NCBI GenBank assembly: GCA_004431415.1
Contig: QPMI01000395.1
Location: 248,001-312,000 of the forward strand
Reading direction: 5' to 3'
Source: Cyanophora paradoxa CCMP329
Taxonomy: Eukaryota > Plantae > Glaucophyta
Length of the DNA: 64,000 bases
Made by a program: the position numbers and the translations under genes. Shown in pieces: positions 43,101 to 53,858 of this stretch (its first letter is position 1; every line of letters begins with the position of its first letter). The notes beneath the pieces are model-generated. The model worked only from the letters and a program-made list of their open reading frames with translations, did not search any database and had not been told where the DNA came from.

Positions 43101-44542
43101 CAGTCTCCCGGTCAGCGTAATCCTTTGTGTTTGATATTACGTCGTCAAATATTCCGAGGGCTGACAAATACGTCTTTAGTTCGAAAACGGGTGCGACCCA
43201 TCTGGTGCGAGAATTCAGATCCGAATTGAACTAGTACTGTTTCGCGAACCTGGGATCGGAAACGTTGTTCTTCACAAAGTTGTACGGGTCGCACTGACAT
43301 TTGAGACTTGACAGCAGCGAGTTACGACATGGCAGAGGACGGGTTTGGTCGAAAGACATTGCGACTTCTTTTCCCCACACGGTTGCGATCCCCGTTGCAG
43401 TATCGAAACCTGTCCCTTCCGGTTGCGCCTCACTGATTATCGGCTCCCCTGGACAATCTACCCCCTCCCCCGAGAACCCCCGAATCGTAAGTCAAGGATT
43501 TACAGAAAATCGAGCGGCCAACGTGGGCGATCAAGCGCACCAAATATGATGTTTACCAATGCCGATGCATAGTAGTTGCGGCAGTCCGCGTATACGGCAA
43601 CTCGGTTCTGGAAACGCGCATTGCAGGCTGTGGTCGAGGAGCAGTAGAAACCGTAAGTAGAGGCAGATGAAACATGTGCTGGATTGTAAGCTTGAAAGCC
43701 AGTTGCTCTCAGTATTCCAGCGTCAATTGCGCCAGTCCCTGCGAGCCCCTGCAAATAGACAGAAACTGGCTGAAGTGCCCCGGAAGCGTTTTTGGAAGCC
43801 CACGACTGAGGGCCCGCCAAGTAGCATGTGTCGGTTACATAATCTCCGCGCAGGTCAAAGTCCTACGCAGCTCGCATTTAGCATCAAAATTAATGCCACA
43901 CAATGCCACGATGAATCGGATCCCAGAGCGTTCGCTAGCGCACTCTGCCCGGAAAAGGAGTAAAAGTCGAAAACGAGAACTCATTGGGGGAGAATGTCGA
44001 GTTCGCGAACTGCGCATGTGCACGCGTGGCGGCGCGCATTTGTGAGCTTAAAGCTGCATTGAAACTCATGGTCTGAGTACTGTAGCTAGTGCACCGCGGC
44101 CATCTCCGAGAACTCGACGGCCGATGCACAAATGTCGGACTTGAGGTCATACTCGCCTGCAGCATGTGAACGCATATGAACGAGGCTGCGTCAGCCTTCG
44201 CATGCAGACATCGACGACATGCGTACGCACAGACAGCCCAGACGCCGCTGGCCGTGCGGCCGACCACCGCGAGTCGCGTTGCGCTGGTGCCGGGCGTCTC
44301 GCCGCCGAGTGGTCCGAGCTGGACGGCGAACGCGATCTCTTTCAGCTTGCCGCGCAGGCTAACGTCCCCTGCGCCAATGCAGTATTGATGTCAGCCTGTA
44401 GGTTGCAGGCGGCCGCGGATCCCTAGATCGGTCTAGATTCTGTCTAGATTTAGAGCTGGAGCAGCGAGCGAGAGGGAGCACCGGCGGCGACTTGCACAGG
44501 GCGAGCGAGGAGGAGAACCCAGCAAACGATCATGACGACCAT
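31139..44542 (-). CDS. Giant membrane protein with signal peptide, many CxxCPxG (GCC2/GCC3, ephrin-receptor-like) Cys-rich repeats and about 3 TM segments
   Basis: Signal peptide MVVMIVCWVLLLARPVQVAAG|DVSL. Many C..C(P)xG(T/Y) repeats over 33900-40100. RRLL/RKLL motif near 33650. Hydrophobic WIGIVMGIFLVLTALVFFLYITVF, FFTIAGVAGIIVAG and ALGSGAIEAVGQILALYLAI. Not all exons resolved. Confidence 0.75.
37617..39098. repeat. Intragenic direct repeat, ~440 bp (37617-38055 and 38660-39098, offset 1043 bp)
   Basis: Exons and introns are nearly identical between the two copies. Confidence 0.9.
40756..41060 (+). mobile_element. tRNA-derived SINE in an intron of the Cys-rich gene
   Basis: Starts with tRNA-like ggttaa...ttggcaa...gctcgaatccc (B-box-like) and ends in A8. 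aagagct is duplicated on both sides (40749-40755, 41059-41065). Confidence 0.7.
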
Positions 44543-44875
44543 GAAGCGTATACGTACGGCTGCAGCACATTGCAGGCCATGAACGTTCGTGCATGGACGC
44601 ACATGCATATGCATGCCCTGCATACTTTGCCCTGCCAGCTGTAGGCGCTGCGGCCAGCGTTCGGCCTTCGCCGTCAACGGCGCCCTGGCCCGCCCCGGCG
44701 TCTGCGGTATACGCTGTATACCGTACTACGGTATACGTATACGTACTCGCGATCGGCGGCGAATACCCGGTATACGTATACGCTGTATACGTCTACGTAC
44801 GGCTAGACGAGACTTTACCCCCCTGGGGTGCGATCGCCTTGTCTTCCACCTTCCTGCCTCCCCAGCCTCAGCCAC

Positions 44876-46153
44876 ATGTTAGCTTTCGTCCCCGGTGTGT
44901 CCCCAGCGGCCCGTCGTCCGGGAGGCGGGCCCGCCCGCGGCCCCATGCGAAGTCGTCCGACTTTTCGGCCCCCGGTAGCTGCGGCCGCGGCAGTATTCGC
45001 CGCCCAGTTCCCTAGTACCATCAGCCCCGAGCTGTTCGAGGCCGAATCGACCCCCGCGCAGCTTTATAGCCAGACGGTCAGATATTTCAGCTTGACCGCC
45101 CCGACCTCTCAGTCCAACGCCCTCCGCGCGCTGTCCGAGGGGCCCAGCAGAACCCAGATTCGTCACAGCGTAGCCGACTGCTTGGCTAGCCTCGACCCCC
45201 CCGTGGCAGTGTGCTGCTACGGGAATAGCGCACTCCTGCTCACCATCGAGGCGGTGCACGGTGATGCAGCCGAGAAGCTGCTCCGCAAATCAGCGCTCCA
45301 GTACCTTCCCGTCCTCGACTTCACTCAGCTTCCGGCCGATGCGAACGGCGCCCCCCCGCCGCCTCTGGATTCGAAGGCCGCGCGCGAGGCCGGCTTCCGC
45401 GATCCCTCCGTCAGCTTCGGCCCTTTCTATTCAGCTCCCTCCAATGCGCATAGTGTCTTTTCCAACTGGCTCGTGCAGCGCGGCTTCAGCCCGTCCAAAG
45501 TTCATCGCATCAATGGCAACAGCGTCTGGATCAAAGTGTTTCTCTCGGAGGTCCCGCCCGTCGCCAGTCAGGCGCGGTTGCCTTTCTCTCACAAGTTCGG
45601 CAATGAGACAGTTCAGATCAGCGGCAGCTGGGCGTTCTGCAACCGGCCGGGCTGTCACAGCGCGCAGCATTCCGAGCACGCCCCGCACACCCGCACGGGC
45701 GTCACGATCAGCGGCCGCTCGCGCTCCCTGGAGCAGTACAACGGCGAGAACTGGACCGACCAGACCGGCCCCAGCGCGATCATGCGCCGGCCTAACGACC
45801 CCATCAACTTCGACATCATCTTCCCGTGGAAGGAGGACCTGCAGCGCGCTGCGCAGGTTCGCTTTTGCAATTCGTACTCTCGATGGCCTCATGGCCTTTT
45901 CCGGCCTCATGGCCCGCCCCTCGCAATCGATCCGATCTCCTCTCTTTCTCTCTTGCATGACTTTCTCGATCTTGCAGGCCGCTGCTGCGTCCCCCTCGGG
46001 ATCGGCGTGAGGCGTTCGGGCCCCCCATCGATTCCCGCTGCGTATCGCGGCGGGGTTGATCCCTCGGCCCTCCCCTCGCCCCCGGCCCTCGTTTTCTCTT
46101 CCGGCTCTTGGCTTTGTCCCTCGAGCTGCACCACCCCCGTAAATGACGTTTAG
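44876..46153 (+). CDS. LINE ORF1 protein
   Basis: Open ~425-codon frame whose stop overlaps the ORF2 start. Contains the Cys/His cluster CNRPGCHSAQHSEH. Confidence 0.65.
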   Translation: MLAFVPGVSPAARRPGGGPARGPMRSRPTFRPPVAAAAAVFAAQFPSTISPELFEAESTPAQLYSQTVRYFSLTAPTSQSNALRALSEGPSRTQIRHSVADCLASLDPPVAVCCYGNSALLLTIEAVHGDAAEKLLRKSALQYLPVLDFTQLPADANGAPPPPLDSKAAREAGFRDPSVSFGPFYSAPSNAHSVFSNWLVQRGFSPSKVHRINGNSVWIKVFLSEVPPVASQARLPFSHKFGNETVQISGSWAFCNRPGCHSAQHSEHAPHTRTGVTISGRSRSLEQYNGENWTDQTGPSAIMRRPNDPINFDIIFPWKEDLQRAAQVRFCNSYSRWPHGLFRPHGPPLAIDPISSLSLLHDFLDLAGRCCVPLGIGVRRSGPPSIPAAYRGGVDPSALPSPPALVFSSGSWLCPSSCTTPVNDV

Positions 46154-49100
46154 GTTTCTTTCTCTGAACGTAGCAGGCAAACTAGATCGAGCTTTTCATG
46201 ATGTATTAGGCAAATCTTATCGTTCTTTTCTCTTTGATTGCCTCCGCGATAGTGCGCGGCATTCAGCTGTGTTCCTGCAGGAGACTCATGTTTCTTCTTC
46301 CTCATTATCCAAGCGCCTCGCGCGCGCCTGGGGATCGGCCCCCTCTTTTTGGTCTCATAACCCTAGTGGTCAGGCCACTCAGGGGGTCGCCGCTCTCTTT
46401 CCTGGTGATTCCCCTTTTCAAATTCGGTTGTTGACTCCAGCTGATAGTCCTCGACTTCAACTTTTCTTGTTCGAGACCAAATTTGGTCCCATTTATTTTT
46501 GCAATGTATATGCTCCTACAGATGATTCCGAGCGTCGCGGTTTCTATGAAACTCTTCTTTATACTCTCGAGTCCGTGGTTCCTTTCGACAGCCGCCTCAT
46601 CTTAGGAGGAGATTTTAATTTCCACGAGCTCCCCTCTGATGCTCCCGGCCCTAGTCGTGGAACCCCTCCCCCGACGCCTTTGAGTTGATCCGAGCTCGTT
46701 ATGGCCTTTTCGATGCCGGGCCTCACACTAGAGCGTGCTTTAAAACCTGGAGCCGGCCGCGGCCGGCGGGCGGACGATTGAGTCCCGGCTCGATTATTTT
46801 TTCCTCTCGTCCTCCCTCCGCGATTGGGCCGTCTCGCTTCGGCCGTGGACGGCTTACTCTGCAGTCGGCGAGCCACGCAATTCTGATCATATAGGCATCT
46901 ATCTCACACTTAAAGCCCCCGGAATCTCTCGCCGTGGCCCCGGTCGCTGGCGCATGAACTGGGCGGCGTATGGCACATGCCCGGAATATTCTGGTTTCAT
47001 TTCTACTATAATTCGTGACTGGCGCGCCGCGTGGCCATTAGTTACAGATCGCGTCCGTCGGTGGGACGCCCTCAAATCCGAGCTCCAGCGTCGTGTTCGG
47101 GCCTGGGAGCTTGATGAGAAGCGCAGGCGGAAGGACGCTTACATCTCCGCTGTTCGAGCTCTCGAGGCTCTCATCCGTCGCCACGCCGCTGGCTCTATTG
47201 ATGATGTCGCTTTCCGTACACTGCGCACTTCTATGATGCGCAGCTTGAATTCGCTTGTGTCTGACTATGCCAGACAGCATTCACGCAAAGAAATTCGTTT
47301 TGCCGCAACTCAAGATGGACGGTCTAGTAAAGCTTTTTTGAGCATTATTTACCGGATTCTCATGCTCAGTTCACGGAGGGGCTTCGGGCCCTCGACACCG
47401 AAGGCCCAGAGGCCGCGTCGGACGACCCCCGCACTTTGCTCGAGCTTTCTTCCGCCTATTACGCTCAACTATATGACGGCGCTGCAGCTCAGGCCGTGGT
47501 TGATCGGTCGCTAGCTGAGCGGTCTGGCGTTGCCTCTCTCTATTCCCCTCACCGCCTGCTCCCTACTGAGTCTGCTGATCTTGACTCTGACTTATCGTCT
47601 GGAGAACTATTTCGTGCTTTTAAGGAGATGTCTGGCGGAGCCAAGTCTCCTGGCATCGATGGTCTCCCTGCTGAATTCTACGTTCACTTTTTTGATGAGA
47701 TTGGCCCCGATTTCTGTGCTTACATCGCTGCTATGTATGAGTCTGGGCAGCCGTCCGAGTCTTTGCGGCACGTCCTCATTACTCCTATTACTAAACCGGC
47801 AACGGACCCTACTTTGATTGCAAATCGCCGCCCAATTTCTCTCTCTAATGTCGAAGAGCGTGCAGTCGAGCGCGCCCTCTCCAACCGCTTAACGCCACTC
47901 ATGTCTGGTCTTGTATCCCGCTTTCAGTCTGGCTTTATTCATCGTCGGTCCGCAGTGCACCAGGTTATGCTTGTTTATCTTCTCATGCATTACGAGGGCG
48001 GTAATCCTGCACTCGAACAGCTGTGCTTCGGATTTCTTGATTTTTCAAAAGCCTATGACCGCGTTAACTGGAGCTTCCTTTTCTGGTCGCTCGAACAGTT
48101 CGGTTTCGGGTCCCAATTTATCAAGTGGGTCCGCCTGCTCTACTCTGATCTGCAGGGTTCTGTTCACATTAACGGCTGGACCTCCGCCCCTTTCCCCATT
48201 CGATGCGGTGTACGTCAGGGTGGCCCCCTTTCGCCCTATCTATATAATTTGTGCACACACCTTTTAGCCCTTTTGATTAATGCTGATGCTCGTATACGAG
48301 GTGTCCGCTTGTCCTCTAGCTCTCTTTGCAAGGTGCTCCAGTTTGCAGACGACACTGTTCCTTTAATCTCGTCTTTTACCGAATTGCCTTTCTGGAAAGA
48401 GTGCTTTGATAAATACTGCCGGCTCTCTGGAGCTCTTATTAATCTCGAGAAATCTAGCCTTCTTCCACTCCGCGATATCCCCGCACATGCCTGGCCTAGC
48501 GTCGAGGACTGCCCCTGGCGGCGTCTTCAGGTGACGGATCTCCCTCCCGCTGAAAAAATTCGAAAATACCTGGGCTTTCCACTAGAGCCCGATCTGTCTC
48601 GGTTCTGGCGGAAAAAGAACGCTGCTCTTGATATCCGTGTCCAGCAAGCGAAGACTTATCGCATGCCGATGCGTTCCGGCGTTCTCCTTGCCTGGGCTGT
48701 ATTTATTGGGTCCCTACATTATGCTCTATATTTGCTTGACCCCCTGATGCTCAGTATTCGACATGGCAAGAGAAGCTTCGCGCTTTTGCTGGCGTGAGCG
48801 GGCAGCTTTCGAAGTATATTTCTCCTCTGCCGTGGCGTCAAGGTGGTCTCAACTGCCCGGATATTCGAGCTTTTTCGTTATCGCTGAAAATGAAGTGGGT
48901 GGCCTTGCTCGCTGACCCCTCTTGTTCGGCTCCTTGGAAGGAGTACCTCTTGAGCAAACTGGACGCTCAGCTGGCACCTTTTTCCTATGGCCCCGCCCTT
49001 GTCTCGCTCCGCCTCCCACTTGACAGACTTGACTTGCCTCCTATTTGGAAGCAGACTCTCTCCGAGTGGGCTCAGCGCCAGGGCGTGTGTCAACCTCGTA

Positions 49101-51303
49101 ACTCTCCCGAAGTGTTATCCCAACCTCTTTTCTTCAATCCTCTGTTCAGTACTCCCGGCGACGAGGTCGACTGGAGTCGCTGTGCACGGTCCGGCTTGCT
49201 GCGGTCTGCGATATCTGGGATTGTGCTGCCCGGGGTTCCGGGCTCCAGCAGCTGCCTCCTCCGCCCTCCACTCCTTTTTCCCTAGTCTGTGCTCTGCGCT
49301 CCCGGCTACTTGGCGCCAGGTTCTCGAGGCCCTGCACCGCCGCCTCAGCATCTCTGGTGGTCCGGACCGGACGCCTCGTTTGCTCTCCTTCGAGGCCCAA
49401 GTGGTACTTTTGTTGCCTTCCCCGTTCGCGATAACCAGATAATTCCACGGGTGCTGGACTACGTACCGCGCGTTCCTTGCCGCCCTGCGGCTTCCCACCC
49501 TGTGGGCCTATCCTCGAGCTCCAATTCAATTCTGTCCCGTTTGCTCCCGCTGCATGTTTGCTTCAGCGCTGTCTTCCTCTCTTTTCGTCGCGGGACCCTG
49601 CCTGGCCTTTTTGTTCTTGGCGCAGGTCCTTCGGCCTTTCTTTCTCTTGATAATCTTGCGTTCACTTTCGCTCGTATGCTCCCTCTCCGCCTCTCCTCTG
49701 TTCGTCGCTTCTACTGCCTTGAGGTCCAGCGGCTTCGCGATGTGTCTAGCCACGCTCAGATGCCCGATGCTAAGTGGGGTTTCCCGGCGCCTTGTCTCCG
49801 TCCCGTCTTCCTAATCTTGTCGTCCTTCAGTGTTTCCCGATGCTTTGGATCGATGCTCTTTACCGTTTGCATTTCAAATTGTATCGTTTGGGCGAGCAAC
49901 AGTCGCCCCGCCGTCGTTTCTGTCGGGTTTGTAATGACGGATCTGCTCGCTCTCACGCGCACGTTTTCTCTGAGTGCCCGCTTTCTCGTTCGTTCTGGGA
50001 TTTCATTCGTGAGCGCCTGAATTTCTGGGCTTCTACTCTTCCACCGGATGAGCGTGAAGAGGTCGCAGTGCCTGACCTCTCTCTCTTCCACATCCTCTCG
50101 GTTCCGGATTTATCTGGACCCATTTTGCGCAGTAAAGTTAACCCCGCCTTCTGCCTTCGCTCACTTGGAGCGATCCTTGCTGGCGTATTTTCCATCCAAC
50201 AGGTTGCTCGCGCTCGGTGCGATCTTGAGGAGGCTGACATTGATGCACCTTCTTACAACCGCGCCGCGCTTGTTGCCGCCTGGGACAGAAATATGTCGTA
50301 CCTCGAGTTCACCCTTCCGCAGGCTTCGGCCTTGTTGGAGGAGCGGCGCGCTCGCTTGGCTGCTGCTGACGCTGATGATCAGGCTGCCTCGGATGATGAC
50401 GCACATGATTCAGAGTCTGGTACCGGTTCTCATCGTTCTAGTTCAAGCTCTGATTCTGACTCGTCCGGCGCTCCTTCTTCGGGCGGTGCTGACAACCTCG
50501 TCTCTTCGCGTGACATCGATTCTGTCCTCCGGAATCCTGCGGAGTTTGCCGTTCGTGGGAATGTCCCGTTGGGGATCCCTGGTGGTCGCCCGCCTCCTGC
50601 GCCGTCCCCTCCTGCTCTGGCCCCTGTAGTGACCCTTGGGCCCATTCCTATTCCTGCTCTCGCTGCCCCTCTCGACGCTCCTTTCCCCCCATTCCCTGCG
50701 GTCCCGATCCCTGTGCTCCTTGGCCCTCTGGCCCCGCCTCTGCCTCCTCCCTCCTTACAACTTGCTGTCACGGGGCCTCTTCACTTGCCTGTTCCCCGGC
50801 AGGTCCCTGGTCATCTTGCAGCTCCATACCCCTTCTTACCTCTTCCCCTTGCTCCTCCACTTCCGCCCCTGCGAGGCCCTCTTTCTGACGTCCTCCTGGT
50901 TCAGCCCCCTCTTCAGCCCATCCTTCTTGCCCCCGCTTCTGCAACTGTGACGCTGGGCGGCACTATCTTTTTGCATGCCCCTACCGCCTCTACGTCCCCG
51001 GTCTCTTTGCATCTGCATCCACTTTCCCGGATCCGCTTGCAGGCCCCTCGCCTCCAGAGCTCGCCATCACTTCGGCCTCCCTCGCCTCCGCTCTCGATTC
51101 TCCATACCCTTCGAATAGCCGCCTTCTCTCTCCTCCTCCGCCCTCCCTCCCCCCTCGAGCTCCGGGTCCTCGGCCTCTGCCCCGCTTCCGAGTGTTGGCG
51201 AGACTGTCCTCTTTTCGGTCTCCCCGTCATTCCGGCTCCCTGCTCCCCCTTCGGCGCCTCGGGTCCCATATGCGGGTCCTATCCCGCTTCCTGGCGCTCG
51301 TGA
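46143..51303 (+). pseudogene. LINE ORF2 (APE endonuclease, reverse transcriptase, CCHC zinc finger), split by several frameshifts
   Basis: SLNVAG, FLQETH, NVYAP, LGGDFN, SDH (APE); KSPGIDG, RRPISL, QSGF, LDFSKAYDRV, GVRQGGPLSP, QFADD, KYLG (RT); GGLNCPD; CRVC..HVFSECP. Confidence 0.9.
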
Positions 51304-53858
51304 GATTCGCCGCCGGCGCCCTCGTCGGGCCCTTGCGCCCTCGAGCTCGTCTCTCTCTGCGCCGCCCATGGCCATGACCTCCGTGTCATCTGATCCGGCG
51401 CCACCCGACCTTTCTCCAGCTTCGCTGCCCTCTCTTCGGCGCCGGCAGCGATCCCCGTCACCTGCTCGCGGCCCTTCCCCTGCCTCCGACCCTTCCTCGG
51501 CCCCTCCTCGCCTAGGCCTCTTCCGTCTCGTCGGCCCCCGCCGCATTCCCGTCGGCGGATCTCTCGATCGACCCTGGACTCTCCGCCTGCCACTGTCTGC
51601 GGGGTACCTCCGCCGCCGTGTTCGGCGCCGGCTGTCAGTACTTTGCTCGGTAGCTCCCCCGTCGTGGCTCCTCGGGGGCCTCTTCGTCGTCGTCGTTCGC
51701 TGGGTTCCGGCTCCGGGTCAGATTTCTCGCCGGGCTTACCTTCTCCTGGCTCTGCTCCTGGGCCCTTAGCTCCGGGACCGGCTTCCCCGATCTCCTCCCG
51801 GACTCGTGGTCGTACCCGTCGCCGGCTTGCCGAGCCTGCGGCTCCTTCTACTTCCCCCCGGCGGTTTGCCGGGCCGGACCCTCCGGCCTTTGTTCTTGAT
51901 ACCGGACTGCCGCCTTTGCCTTCGTCTTCTGCTTCGCTGGTCGCGATCGTATCCCGCCGGCGCCGGCGTACTTCTTCGTCTTCTAGTTTAGTTCGGTCTG
52001 GTTCGGATTCTGATCGTAGTGTTGATGCTAGAGTTAGTTTCAATACTAGCTATAGTCCTCGTGCTCGACCTGTTGTTCGCCGTCGTTTGCAGTTCGATTG
52101 CCCGCCTCGACCCTGGCCGGCTTTAGTGATTCCTTTGACTGTCCTTTTGCCTGCTCTTGATCCGCCTGCTCCGCCTCCTGTGTCCTCCTCGACCTCGTGC
52201 CGTAGCTCTGCCCTTTCGCATCGTCCTGCTTCGCCTCCGCCTCCATGTCGTCTTGTTGTTCCTCTTACTTGTCTTCTTCCTGTTATTTATCTTTCTCAAT
52301 TTTGTCCCCCGCTTCTTAGTGATGTAATTCCTTCTGATATTGATGGTATCTCTAGCTCTGGCTCTTCTTCGTGTCAGTTATCCTCTGTCCCTAGATCTGC
52401 TCGATTTATCGTCTCTTCTCGCTATCGATCTGTCTCGAGCTCTGTGTCTTTCCTTTTTTATTGTCGATTTTGGCTCTTTGTCTTATCTTTCTTCGTGCTC
52501 TTGTCTTAGTTATTTTGCTTTTTTGTCTTTATGCCCCCTGGGCAGCCCCCGCAGTGCTGGTGTCTAGAGACTGTGGCCGGTAATTCACCAAAAAAAAAAA
52601 ATAGACTGGGCTAGTCCGACGGTCGTCGGCCCGGCGGCCGGCTACTATACGTACTATACCGTACTACGGTAGTACGTATACGTAATACGTATACGCACTA
52701 CTACCCACCTGACGGCCCCGACCGACGTACCGTAGTATACGTACCGGGGCCGGGAGTCGCCGAGTCGACGTCGGCCCCTGCGCATGCGGGGCCATTAATA
52801 TTGCGGGCCCGGCGCCGGCGCCGGCGGGCCGGCGGCGCCGCGGCGGGCCGGGCCCGGCCCGCCCGGGCCCGCCGGGCCGGCCCGCCGCGGGCCGCGGCGC
52901 GCGCGCGCGGCCCGGCTGGCCGCGCCGCGCGCGGCGGCGGCGGGCCGCGCCGGGCGCCGCGGCCTTTTGAAGTTCGCCGGTACCGGGCCGCAGGGCCCCA
53001 GCGGCCCAGCCTGCCCCAGGGCCCCAGCCTGGGCCGCCGCCGGCCCGCCGGGCCCAACGGGTGGCAACGGCCAGGCCGGGGCCAGGCCCCCAGGGCCGGG
53101 GGCCCGGCCCTACTAGGCTAAATCGGGAAATATTTAGTATACTGGATATTTATAGTACCAAAGTTTTAAATTTGAGGCCCAACTACTAAAGATTTATATA
53201 ATTATCGTATACTAAACCTGAGGTCCCGGGTGCGGAGGGGGTACGTAGCGCAGCCGTGGTTGCAGGCTTAACTTGCAGCGCGAAAGAAGCTTATAATTAA
53301 GCTAGCTAAAGTGCAAGGGGGCTCCCGTCTCCTCCAACAGATCTAGCTAGAGTCTGCGAGACCCCCTAGCGCGCGCAGCCCCCACCCTTTAGGCCCTTCT
53401 AGGCCCTTCTAAAGGCCGCTACTAAAGCGCTCCGCGCGGCCAACTCTTAATTATTTTCAGCCTACTAGTACTAAACCGACCAAACTCCGGGATTACTAAT
53501 TATAATTATTTTGGGGTATTAAATATTACCCGAATATTACAGTGGGAGTCGGGCTTATCGATATCCGTAGTGGATCCGGACGGACCGTCAGCCTCGGGTC
53601 ACCTGGTCGGTGGGTGACCAAGAGGCTTCTCTTTTCACGGTCATGTTGTCTGTCGCCGGTTAACAATGCTTCATTATCAATCGCAATCGCAACGGTTTGC
53701 TTATTTAACAATCGGTCTTCCAAGTCATTGGCAATGGTTTACAATCAATTGTAAATAAATTAAATAACATAATAATTAAAGTATTAAACTCTATATATAT
53801 AGCGTACATATATAATTAATGAAAATTCGCTGAATAACCTTATATAAATTAATTATAT

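Larger units (their letters stand above)
44809..52601 (+). mobile_element. Full-length non-LTR retrotransposon, L1/Tx1 clade
   Basis: ORF1 followed by an APE-RT-zinc-finger ORF2, a long pyrimidine-rich 3' region and poly(A). tagac occurs at 44804-44808 and 52602-52606 (candidate TSD). Confidence 0.93.

Noticed and set aside
45857-45977. Possible GT-AG intron or captured host exon in LINE ORF1
   Set aside because: ORF1 reads through it without a stop and ends overlapping the ORF2 start, as expected for an unspliced LINE.
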